Translations under genes and position numbers: made by a program
Notes under the pieces: generated by a model
What the model was told of the DNA's origin: nothing
What the model saw: only the letters and a program-made list of their open reading frames with translations
Databases searched by the model: none
Part shown: positions 37,779 through 45,940 of the stretch, piece after piece
Layout of the letters: the number at the start of each line of letters is the position of its first letter
Numbering within the stretch: the stretch's first letter is position 1
DNA from: an uncultured Anaerotruncus sp.
Lineage (GTDB): Bacteria; Bacillota; Clostridia; Oscillospirales; CAG-272
Direction: 5' to 3'
DNA: 56,966 nucleotides
NCBI GenBank assembly: GCA_905210995.1
Contig: CAJLZE010000003.1
Coordinates: 1 to 56,966 of the forward strand

Positions 37779-39416
37779 TTATTTATCTCCCGTCGGCGGA
37801 CAGACACAACGGAGAGTTTCGTTATTGGTGTGATAGATCGCACGCAGCTCGTTCATGGCTTCAATGCAGCGCGCCGAGGCGGTGGGCTTGAAGTCACAGC
37901 CGAGAAGCTCGTGATCTATGACCGCGCGGAGATACATCATCCTCCACCTTGCAGTTCTGCGTATGCTCTCGGGCAGCTTGCGATCGTAAGCCGAAAGAAT
38001 TTCGTAAACATATTCGACATCCGAGGTATCGGAGATCGGGAATCTGTATGCATTGTAATCCGTACCGCGCCACAGACCTGTCTCGCTGCGCTCAATGGCA
38101 TCGACAAGGTCGGTGTCGCCGCAGCAAAATTCAAATTTCGCATATCTGCGCACCGCGTCATGCGAAATAAGCGTCTCGCCGCTGTAATACGAGAGCATGA
38201 CGAACTTGTTGATATCCTCGAATATGCCCTCTGAGTAGGGGTAACCGCCGTGATAGAGGTGACCGCTGCCCATGTTAGTGCGGTCAAGGAAGCGGCAGAG
38301 CGGATTTGTGCCGAAGCCGCCCCACGGGCGGCACCCGTGCATGCTTATTTCGGGGAAATCGATAAACTTCACGCCCTTCGGCACACCGTCGCGCTTTATG
38401 CACTCGGGGAGCACGCCGCCGTGGAAGAAGGACATGATGTAATCAAAGCCGCTGACCTCGCCCGCGGTGAGCTTTTTCCAGAAAGCATCCCACTCGCCGG
38501 GGATAAAACGGTCGAAATACCACGTCGAAAGTATAATCTTCGTGCCGGGCAGCACCTCATTCGTAAGTTTTACGAATTCGGGAAGTATGCGGAGATATCC
38601 GTTCGAGCCCCACGGCGCACAGTCGGGGCAGGTGCAGCCGCCCTGATCGTAAGGCCAGTAGCATATATAGTCCGGCTGTACGTCTGCAAACGCCTCAAAT
38701 ACCTCGCGTCTTTCACGCAGTATCTCCTCCATGCCGCCGGGCTTTGAGGGGCATATCTCACGGTTGTATATGCCGTCCGGTTTTGTGTGATATCCGTTTT
38801 CGACAAGGAACGTCGCGCGCAGCTCAACGGGCGACGAATCAAAGCCCTCGTTCGAGAGCATGGTCATCGACGCCTTCATGCCGATCTGCTTTGCATATTT
38901 CATAAACGCCTTGAGACGGTTTATGAGCTCCACGGATTCGGGCTGGTCGACCGATCTGAAATGGTGCATATCGTACCAGACGAGCAGCGCATTGCAGCCG
39001 CGCAGTGCAAGGTCCTCAATGACCTCATAGACCTCCTCTACCGGCGCATTGTGATAAAAATTGTGGAAGTGCGTTGCAAAATACATACCGCGCAGGGGCT
39101 TTGCGGGAGTATGATCTACCTTTTTTGACGAAGGAACGAAACCGCCCTCACCGTCGAAGCGCGAATCGACCAGATAACGTCCGACAGCGGCATGGAGGGC
39201 GCAGTCGTTCGCTGCGGTAAAGGCAACGGTATTGCCGTCGGGAACGACAGTGTACCTGTCGTTTTCAAGTGCCGCATCCACCGCAAGAGTGAAGGTGTAA
39301 TCCGCATTGTCTCCGAGACGGCAGCAACGCTCCCCGAGACGGCGCTCGAGCGTGTGCGAAAGAACCGTGAAGCTCTCCGGTCCCATCGAGATATTTTCAA
39401 GTCTGAATGTTGTCAT
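37779..39416 (-). CDS. uncharacterised glycoside-hydrolase-like protein (N-terminal alpha/beta domain + TIM-barrel-like core + helical C-domain), paralogue A
   Basis: 545 aa with no signal peptide. Conserved with paralogue B: RGMYxAxHFxNFxHxAP, EICPxxPGGM, YDxGGCTCxxC (CTCPDC at 38619-38636), ILSTWxFDR, DFPEISM, GGxPYSEG. Confidence 0.45.
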   Translation of the reverse strand: MTTFRLENISMGPESFTVLSHTLERRLGERCCRLGDNADYTFTLAVDAALENDRYTVVPDGNTVAFTAANDCALHAAVGRYLVDSRFDGEGGFVPSSKKVDHTPAKPLRGMYFATHFHNFYHNAPVEEVYEVIEDLALRGCNALLVWYDMHHFRSVDQPESVELINRLKAFMKYAKQIGMKASMTMLSNEGFDSSPVELRATFLVENGYHTKPDGIYNREICPSKPGGMEEILRERREVFEAFADVQPDYICYWPYDQGGCTCPDCAPWGSNGYLRILPEFVKLTNEVLPGTKIILSTWYFDRFIPGEWDAFWKKLTAGEVSGFDYIMSFFHGGVLPECIKRDGVPKGVKFIDFPEISMHGCRPWGGFGTNPLCRFLDRTNMGSGHLYHGGYPYSEGIFEDINKFVMLSYYSGETLISHDAVRRYAKFEFCCGDTDLVDAIERSETGLWRGTDYNAYRFPISDTSDVEYVYEILSAYDRKLPESIRRTARWRMMYLRAVIDHELLGCDFKPTASARCIEAMNELRAIYHTNNETLRCVCPPTGDK

Positions 39417-39431
39417 GTTTTTCTCCTTGTA

Positions 39432-41108
39432 TCATCTTCCGAGCGGAGGGCAGACCGCCGGCTGGATCCTTGTATCATACGCGTGGTAGAGCGCCCAAAG
39501 CTCACGGAAACATTTTTGCGCCCTCGCGGAATTCATCGGAATGAAATCGTGAGTATAAAGCTCGTAGTCGATCACGGCACGCAGATATATTATCCTCCAA
39601 CGCGGGTCGCGCTTTGCCGTATCGTTCATTGCCGCATCGGCTTCGGTAACGAGCCTGTACGCCTCGCGTATCGCAGCCGGAAAATGCGGCGTTACCCGCA
39701 GCCTGCCGTCCGGCATGGTCTCGACCTTGCGCCAGAGAGTGATCTCAAGCAGCTCCACGGCGCGCAGAAGAGGCTCCGGATCGTTTATCCCGAAATAAAA
39801 GCGCACATAATCCCTTACCGCATCGGCGGTATCCGCATGAGCGCCGCTGTAATGCGACATGCAGCAGAATTCGTTTATGTTCTCCCAGAAGCCCTCCGAA
39901 TACGGGAAGCCCCCGTCAAGAACATCGCCGACCGACGAAAAGAAATTATCGAGCCTCATCGTAAGCGGGTTTGCGCCGTAGCCGCCCCACGGCTTGCCGC
40001 CCCACATACTGATCTCGGGGAAATCTATCACCGAGCGCCCGTCGGGAGCACCGTGCTCTGCCGTGAGCGGCATAAACTGACCGTCGCCGTACACCGCCAT
40101 GACGTATTCCGCCCACGGGTATTTACCAGCCGAAAGATTTTCGTAAAGACGCTTTCCTTCATCTCGCAGATGTCTGTCGAAATGCCATGTGGAAAGTATC
40201 AGCTTTGCATCGGGGAAATATTCGGAAAGCAAAGGCTTTACCGACTCCTCATATACCTTGATAAAGCCGTTTTCGCTCCATCGCGAGCAGGCGTCACAGG
40301 TGCAGCCGCCCTCGTCATACGCCCAGTAAGCAAAATACTTTACCGGCACATCCGAAAACAGCTCAAAGAACTCACGGTGACAGCGGCGTATCTCATCCAT
40401 GCCGCCGGGCAGATTGGGGCATATCTCCTTGTGAAGCTCGGCATAATTCGGGGTTATGTATTCGCCGCGCATATCCCACGGCGCCGCTATATCCTCGGAA
40501 CGGTCGAGAAAACCCGTGTTTGAGAAAAGTATCAGCGCGGGAGCTATACCAAGCTCGGCGGCGCAGGCGAATATCTTCTTGAGTCTATCTGCCGTTTCAA
40601 ACGCCTCGGGGGATGTGAAAGATCTGTAATGCTGAGGCGCAAGGCAGAGCATGAGGGTGTTGCATCCCCAAAGCGCCAGGTCCTCGATAAACGGCGTTAC
40701 CTCCTCCATCGGAGCGGCGTGCCAGAAGTTGTAGAAATGAGATGCAAGATACATACCGCGCACCGAGCTTTTCATCTCATGTTCTATCGGCAGCTCAGGC
40801 GGCACAAAGCCGCCGCCGAAATCAAAGCTGCCGCTCATGAAGAAACGCCCGAGCGCCGCATATACGGTGCAGAGATCACAGACGGTCACGAGAGCGCCGC
40901 CCTTTCCGTCGTCAATTATCGAGTAGCTATCCTTTCGGTTTTCCGTTTCGCCGTCCTCGTGCGGAACGATATCGAGCGTGACGGAATATCCGCCGTCGCC
41001 GAGAGCGCATCCGCGGTGCTCGAGGATTCGTACGACGGTCTTCTTTATACGCTCAAATTCCTTTTCCGGGATATCGGCGTTTTTCAAAGCAAGAACGAAC
41101 ATTTTCAC
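39432..41108 (-). CDS. uncharacterised glycoside-hydrolase-like protein, paralogue B
   Basis: 558 aa with no signal peptide. Same conserved blocks as paralogue A (CTCDAC at 40287-40304). Confidence 0.45.
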   Translation of the reverse strand: MKMFVLALKNADIPEKEFERIKKTVVRILEHRGCALGDGGYSVTLDIVPHEDGETENRKDSYSIIDDGKGGALVTVCDLCTVYAALGRFFMSGSFDFGGGFVPPELPIEHEMKSSVRGMYLASHFYNFWHAAPMEEVTPFIEDLALWGCNTLMLCLAPQHYRSFTSPEAFETADRLKKIFACAAELGIAPALILFSNTGFLDRSEDIAAPWDMRGEYITPNYAELHKEICPNLPGGMDEIRRCHREFFELFSDVPVKYFAYWAYDEGGCTCDACSRWSENGFIKVYEESVKPLLSEYFPDAKLILSTWHFDRHLRDEGKRLYENLSAGKYPWAEYVMAVYGDGQFMPLTAEHGAPDGRSVIDFPEISMWGGKPWGGYGANPLTMRLDNFFSSVGDVLDGGFPYSEGFWENINEFCCMSHYSGAHADTADAVRDYVRFYFGINDPEPLLRAVELLEITLWRKVETMPDGRLRVTPHFPAAIREAYRLVTEADAAMNDTAKRDPRWRIIYLRAVIDYELYTHDFIPMNSARAQKCFRELWALYHAYDTRIQPAVCPPLGR

Positions 41109-41109
41109 C

Positions 41110-42354
41110 TCACAGCTTTATATCCGCTTCGTCATCAAGTACGCGCGACGTGCCCGGAACATACGGGATATCGAGCTCGGTTATCCGGTTTGCAGCGTTG
41201 AGGATCTCCTTTACATGCAGCTCGTTTGTAAGATGCGCATTGGCTCTGTCGCCGAGGTAAACCGTAAGCGCCTCGTCCGAGGTCGTATATGTCGCCACCT
41301 CGGGATCGATCGCCGTGTAGACATCGACCGTTCCGCCCTTGCCGCCGTGATGAGCCGTCTGGCAGAAGTCCGATTTCAGGTACGAACCGTACATTGCGGT
41401 AAGGATGTCGTTTTCGATTATGCACGCATCGGCAAGGAACATCATACCGTACCCCGCCTCGCGCACACGGAAAACGACCGAGGTGTTGTTCCAGTCGCGC
41501 GTGTCTTTCCATGAGCGGAAGGACGTGCGAAAGTCCTCCTGCGTTGCAAGAAATTCTATCTCCGCGCCGCCTATTTGCCGCACCTCTCCCGTGTGTATTT
41601 TCGTGACCTTTCCCTCACGGTTGAATGCGCGAAAATTCGCTATCGAGCGCTGACGCAGAAAATATTCGTTCTTTTCGAACCAATCGATGCAGTCGCGCTC
41701 GCCGGGATAGTTGCATATCAGCTCGTCTATGCGCACCTCGGGGCAGTCGTAGTATTTTTCGGTGAATTTTATAAACCCGCCGGTGTGGTCGTTGTGCGTA
41801 TGCGTGATGATCCACGCCGCTACGACTATATTTTCGGGATCGGGAGCCTGTTTTTTAAGCACGTTCATTATGCCGTCGGCAAAGCCTTCGTTTGCCACGC
41901 CGCCGTCTATAACGATGAATCTGCCGTCCCCGAGCCGTAAAACATAGCACATAAGCCCGCAGTTGACCGGCACGCCGCGGAAATAATTATTCTGCATGAA
42001 CGTTCTGCCTATCTGAGTGAGCAGCGGCTTGCAGATCTTTTCACCGCAGCAGTCCGCAGCGTTGTCGCTCATGTTTTCGGACGGCTCGACGATAACTCTG
42101 AATGTCGAATCGAACGGCGTAAAATATGTCGTGACACCGCATGAGCCTTTGCGGTATGCGGCAAAAAGGTTGCCCGCAGCGGCGCGCTCCCAAAGGAGCG
42201 CAAAGCCCGCCTCGGTAAGTTTTCCGCAATATCCGCGCCATGCATCGGCAGATGAATGCTCAACTATTATCTGCCATGCGCCGTCGCCGTCGGCGACGAC
42301 CTCCGCCCCCTCGGGATAACCCGGTATGGCGGAAAGTATTTTGTTCTGTATCAT
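41110..42354 (-). CDS. MBL-fold metallo-hydrolase (ComEC-C-terminal-like), cytoplasmic paralogue
   Basis: 414 aa with no signal peptide. VIDGG...ITHTHNDHTGGF (HxHxDH) and ...CQTAHHGG. Confidence 0.7.
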   Translation of the reverse strand: MIQNKILSAIPGYPEGAEVVADGDGAWQIIVEHSSADAWRGYCGKLTEAGFALLWERAAAGNLFAAYRKGSCGVTTYFTPFDSTFRVIVEPSENMSDNAADCCGEKICKPLLTQIGRTFMQNNYFRGVPVNCGLMCYVLRLGDGRFIVIDGGVANEGFADGIMNVLKKQAPDPENIVVAAWIITHTHNDHTGGFIKFTEKYYDCPEVRIDELICNYPGERDCIDWFEKNEYFLRQRSIANFRAFNREGKVTKIHTGEVRQIGGAEIEFLATQEDFRTSFRSWKDTRDWNNTSVVFRVREAGYGMMFLADACIIENDILTAMYGSYLKSDFCQTAHHGGKGGTVDVYTAIDPEVATYTTSDEALTVYLGDRANAHLTNELHVKEILNAANRITELDIPYVPGTSRVLDDEADIKL

Positions 42355-42370
42355 TTGTTGCCTCGTTCGG

Positions 42371-44140
42371 TCAATATACGTTTCCCTTATCCGTGACCGC
42401 GGAATTTCCCGGTGTGTAAGGGAGCGGGAACTCGGTTATGCGGCAGGCGCAGTTGATGACTTCCTTTACATGGAGCTTTCTGAGCAGGTGAGCGTTGTGC
42501 GCATCTTTTTTGTAAAGCTCGAACGCCTCGTCGGATGTCGTGAACAGCGCCACTGTCGGATCTATCGCATTGTAGACTGCTGCCGTTCCGCCCTCGCCGC
42601 CGTGATGCGCGACCTGGCATATATCCGATTTCATATATCCGCCCCACATCTTGACCGCGATCCCGTTTGAATCCACCTGCGAGTCGCCGAGGAACATCAG
42701 CTTCTGCCCCGCGATCGTAACGCGGAAAATAAGCGAGGTGTTGTTCCAGAGCTTCGTATCGGCAAACGTGCGCTTCGAGGTGTAGTAATCCTCGGGCGTG
42801 TAGAGAAATTCGACCCCCGCACCGCCTATATTGCGTGTCTCGCCGGTGTGTATCTTTGTCAGCTTCGCCTTGGGGTAATAAACCTTGAAGTTGTTGAGCG
42901 TCTTTTTACGGTTGTTGAGCTCATGGTCGGGGCTGGCGTCGCAGGTATCCTCGCTCGGGAAATTGAGGATGAGCTCGTCAAGCGTCACCCGCCTGCCATA
43001 GGTCTCCGAAAACTTGTTGAAGCCGCCCGTGTGGTCGCTGTGCGTGTGTGTAATGATCCATGCCGCGATGTGTATATGGGAAGGATCGGGTGCCTGAGAC
43101 TTCATGGTATCCATAATGCCGGCAGCAAAGCCCTCTGTCGCAACTCCGCCGTCAATGACGATGAAACTGCCGTTCTCGAGCCGAAGCACAAAGCACATAA
43201 GTCCGCAATTGACGGGCACGCCGCGGTACGAGCCGGTCTTTGAGAAGGTCCTGCCTATCATCGTAAGGCGCGCATCGCATTTTTTCTCCACCGTCGCGGT
43301 ATCGGCACTGCGGTCGCTCATATTGGACGCAGGCTCGGATATTATACGGACGGTGTTGTTGAACGCCGTAAAGTAGACTGTGACTCCTACGTCACCCTTT
43401 TTGTACTGAGCAAAATTATTGGAGTTTTCGGTGCGGTCAAAGGTCATCTCAAAGCCCGCTTCCGCCAGTCTTGCGCAGTATGACGCAAACGCCTCGGCAG
43501 AGCTTTTTTCGATCACGTTCTCGTATGCCTTGTCGCCTACCGAATATATAATGACCTTATTTGCACCTTCGAAAGTGGGAATGGCATCAAGCGTTTCGCT
43601 GACGCTGCCCGTTATCGCTATCGGCTGCGCGAATTCGGCGCCGCCCTCAAGCAGATCCGTAAACCGGCGCACGGCGGTCGCGAGAGAGGTGTCGTTCCAG
43701 CCGAAAACAACGATCTTGTGACCGACGGTCCTCACGGCATACCCGCCGTAACCGGTCTCGGCTGCCACCTGCCGCGACTCGGGGTATGAGGTCTGCCCGA
43801 CGAGTATTTCAAAGCTCTCGGATGAATGTTCCTCGCCCGGCATGACGAAATCGGTGCCGATCTCGGGATTGCCGCCCGAATATTTTCTCAGCGCAGAGCT
43901 TATCTCCATCGCCGCTTCCTGCTCGGCGGCAGTGCCCTCGTCGGGTCTCACGGTGCGGTAGTTTACGGTGCTTCCCTCCCAAAGAGCGGGAAAGCTCACC
44001 GCTTCGGGCGCGGTCGTGACGGCATCCGATGTGCCGTCGCCCGTGCCGTCATTTTTGCATGCGGCAAAAAGCGGCAAAAGCATCAGCGCGCAAAGGCAGA
44101 CCGCAAGCGCGCGCAATACAAACGGTGCTGTTTTTTTCAT
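42371..44140 (-). CDS. MBL-fold metallo-hydrolase lipoprotein, extracellular paralogue with an extra N-terminal domain
   Basis: Lipobox LLPLFAAC. VIDGG...ITHTHSDHTGGF and ...CQVAHHGG. About 175 extra N-terminal residues relative to the cytoplasmic copy. Confidence 0.7.
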   Translation of the reverse strand: MKKTAPFVLRALAVCLCALMLLPLFAACKNDGTGDGTSDAVTTAPEAVSFPALWEGSTVNYRTVRPDEGTAAEQEAAMEISSALRKYSGGNPEIGTDFVMPGEEHSSESFEILVGQTSYPESRQVAAETGYGGYAVRTVGHKIVVFGWNDTSLATAVRRFTDLLEGGAEFAQPIAITGSVSETLDAIPTFEGANKVIIYSVGDKAYENVIEKSSAEAFASYCARLAEAGFEMTFDRTENSNNFAQYKKGDVGVTVYFTAFNNTVRIISEPASNMSDRSADTATVEKKCDARLTMIGRTFSKTGSYRGVPVNCGLMCFVLRLENGSFIVIDGGVATEGFAAGIMDTMKSQAPDPSHIHIAAWIITHTHSDHTGGFNKFSETYGRRVTLDELILNFPSEDTCDASPDHELNNRKKTLNNFKVYYPKAKLTKIHTGETRNIGGAGVEFLYTPEDYYTSKRTFADTKLWNNTSLIFRVTIAGQKLMFLGDSQVDSNGIAVKMWGGYMKSDICQVAHHGGEGGTAAVYNAIDPTVALFTTSDEAFELYKKDAHNAHLLRKLHVKEVINCACRITEFPLPYTPGNSAVTDKGNVY

Positions 44141-44146
44141 TTCGTT

Positions 44147-45628
44147 TTATTTCTTCATGCCGGAAATGGCTGCTTCGATATCCGACTGGAATTTCTTCTT
44201 ATACATATCGAAGGAGGATTTGATGTTGGGGTTTTGGTTCGCATGGAGCGTATTGAGCAGACCGACGCAGTTGCCGAAGTTGTTGGCAAGCGCAATGTCC
44301 ACCTGTCCCTTTTCAAACACCATATCTATCATCTTGATATCCGTCGGGTTGTTGGCGCACTTGTAATGAAGGATATTGCCGATAAGGGCATTAAGAAGCT
44401 TTTCGTGCGAAACGGCAAACATCGTTTCAAGCACAAGAGCGGTCCTCTCGAAATCGGAGGTCGTGGAGGGAATAACAAGCCCTTCGACATAGCTGTAGAC
44501 CGGAGCAACGTAATCCTGCTGATCTTCGCTGTACTTGGGAACTATAACAAGACCGTACTCAAAGTCAAGGTTGCGCACAGACTGCACCGAATATGTTGCG
44601 GTCGCCTGGAAAAGCGCACGCCCCTCGTTGAAAACAGCAGCATAGTTATCGGATGCGGCGCCCGAGGAGAAGCCCTCATATCTGTTGGGACGAACGCCCG
44701 CGATGGCTACGGTGGGATCGATGACGAATTTGTTGAGGAAGTCGGTATAAACGTTTATGTAGCGCTCGCTGAGCCCTTCATATACCGGATAACCGCTGTC
44801 GTCGTTGTGCGTAAGTGTTTCGCCCGAGCTTATCATAAGGTTGCGGAGGTGGTTCACGTGTCCGGTAAAGCCGAGCACATCGGTCGAAACATCATAAACA
44901 CCGTCGGCATTGTAATCCTTGGCGGCGATCTTCATCATCGAGTACATCTTCTCATAGGTCCATGTGCCCGCGGTCACGCAGTCATAGGGGCTTTCAAGAT
45001 TGTTTTCGCTGATAAGCTGCTTGTTGAACGCGTAAATATAAAAGCCGCTGTAATAGTTGAGGTGTCCGTCACCGAATATAACATAGCGCTTTGTGCCGAT
45101 GTTCACGGTGTCGTTAAAGTTTTTTGCCCACCACGGGTTTTCAAGATTGATCCCGTCGACCTCGTTTATATCAACGACCTCGCCTCTCAGAAAGGACTGG
45201 AGAGCGGTGCCCGTCGGGAGCTGGCAGACGTCGTAAAGGTGAGTCTGCGTGCTTACCGCAGTGGCAATATCTTTGGAAATATTCTGCGAGTTCACCTCGG
45301 AGAAGGTTATATTGAGTCGGTCCTGAACGATATTCTGACGGCTGTAAACAATGTCGTCGAGCACGTTCTTTCCCTGCTCCTCAACGGTCAGCGCATCATA
45401 CGACCATGTTGTGGGGCGGGTGAGTATCTTGAACTCATACTTGTCATAATTCATTACGGGCAGCGCCTCGTATGCCTCTGTGGTCTCTGCCACGGGAGCG
45501 GTCGTGCCGCCGGCTACGGATGTGCCGTCTCCGTTTCCGTCATTCTTGCTGCACGCCGCAAGCGACGCGAGACAAAGCACGGCAAGCGCAAGGCACAAAA
45601 GCCTTTTGAATGTTTTTGAGTTTTTCAT
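44147..45628 (-). CDS. extracellular solute-binding lipoprotein (large LplA-type ABC SBP)
   Basis: ATG at 45628 follows GGAGGATC. Lipobox LASLAAC. About 490 aa, overall SBP family-1-like. Confidence 0.65.
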   Translation of the reverse strand: MKNSKTFKRLLCLALAVLCLASLAACSKNDGNGDGTSVAGGTTAPVAETTEAYEALPVMNYDKYEFKILTRPTTWSYDALTVEEQGKNVLDDIVYSRQNIVQDRLNITFSEVNSQNISKDIATAVSTQTHLYDVCQLPTGTALQSFLRGEVVDINEVDGINLENPWWAKNFNDTVNIGTKRYVIFGDGHLNYYSGFYIYAFNKQLISENNLESPYDCVTAGTWTYEKMYSMMKIAAKDYNADGVYDVSTDVLGFTGHVNHLRNLMISSGETLTHNDDSGYPVYEGLSERYINVYTDFLNKFVIDPTVAIAGVRPNRYEGFSSGAASDNYAAVFNEGRALFQATATYSVQSVRNLDFEYGLVIVPKYSEDQQDYVAPVYSYVEGLVIPSTTSDFERTALVLETMFAVSHEKLLNALIGNILHYKCANNPTDIKMIDMVFEKGQVDIALANNFGNCVGLLNTLHANQNPNIKSSFDMYKKKFQSDIEAAISGMKK

Positions 45629-45685
45629 TTGATCCTCCAGACGATTATGTGAGATCATGCAGATGTGTCCTTTTTTGGATTGAAA

Positions 45686-45699
45686 AAGTTTCGAAACTT
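45686..45699. promoter_or_regulatory. perfect 14-bp palindrome, candidate LacI-family operator
   Basis: AAGTTTC|GAAACTT with central CG, 58 nt upstream of the SBP start codon and downstream of the candidate promoter at 45738-45766. Confidence 0.5.
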
Positions 45700-45737
45700 A
45701 TTGATGCCCGCTCGGCACTTTCTGCATTTCTGACATA

Positions 45738-45766
45738 ATGATATCACACGCCATCCCGTTTATCAA
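45738..45766 (-). promoter_or_regulatory. candidate promoter of the SBP-led operon
   Basis: Minus-sense TTGATA (45761-45766), 17 nt, TGaTATCAT (TATCAT at 45738-45743). Confidence 0.4.
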
Positions 45767-45820
45767 GCACATTCATCACATTTCAGCAGATTTTTTCTTG
45801 ATTTTTTCGCAACAAAATTT

Positions 45821-45834
45821 TTATTTCGAAATTT
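45821..45834. promoter_or_regulatory. second, weaker operator-like palindrome
   Basis: TTATTTC|GAAATTT shares the TTTCGAAA core and abuts the -35 of the plus-strand promoter. Confidence 0.3.
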
Positions 45835-45847
45835 TTCCTATTTTCTA

Positions 45848-45876
45848 TTGACAATTGCGCGACATTGCGCTAAAAT
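45848..45876 (+). promoter_or_regulatory. candidate promoter of the ceramidase-like gene
   Basis: TTGACA (45848-45853), 17-nt spacer containing a duplicated ATTGCGC, TAAAAT (45871-45876). Confidence 0.5.
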
Positions 45877-45940
45877 AAGGTCAAGCACAGTCTGCGGCAT
45901 CCTTTGCGCCGCGGCAATATACGAAAGGCACTGTCAAATA

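Noticed and set aside
37779-37800. C-terminal CPPTGDK (and CPPLGR at 39432-39452) of the TIM-barrel-like paralogues as a (S/P)PxTG sortase motif
   Set aside because: There is no N-terminal signal peptide, and no hydrophobic segment or basic tail after the motif. It lies at the extreme C-terminus, so it cannot be a sorting signal.
43826-45619. 597-aa ORF on the plus strand
   Set aside because: It is antisense to the solute-binding lipoprotein gene and is a compositional artefact. The same reasoning applies to 39192..40523, 35631..36566, 47400..48359, 4369..5367 and 101..979.
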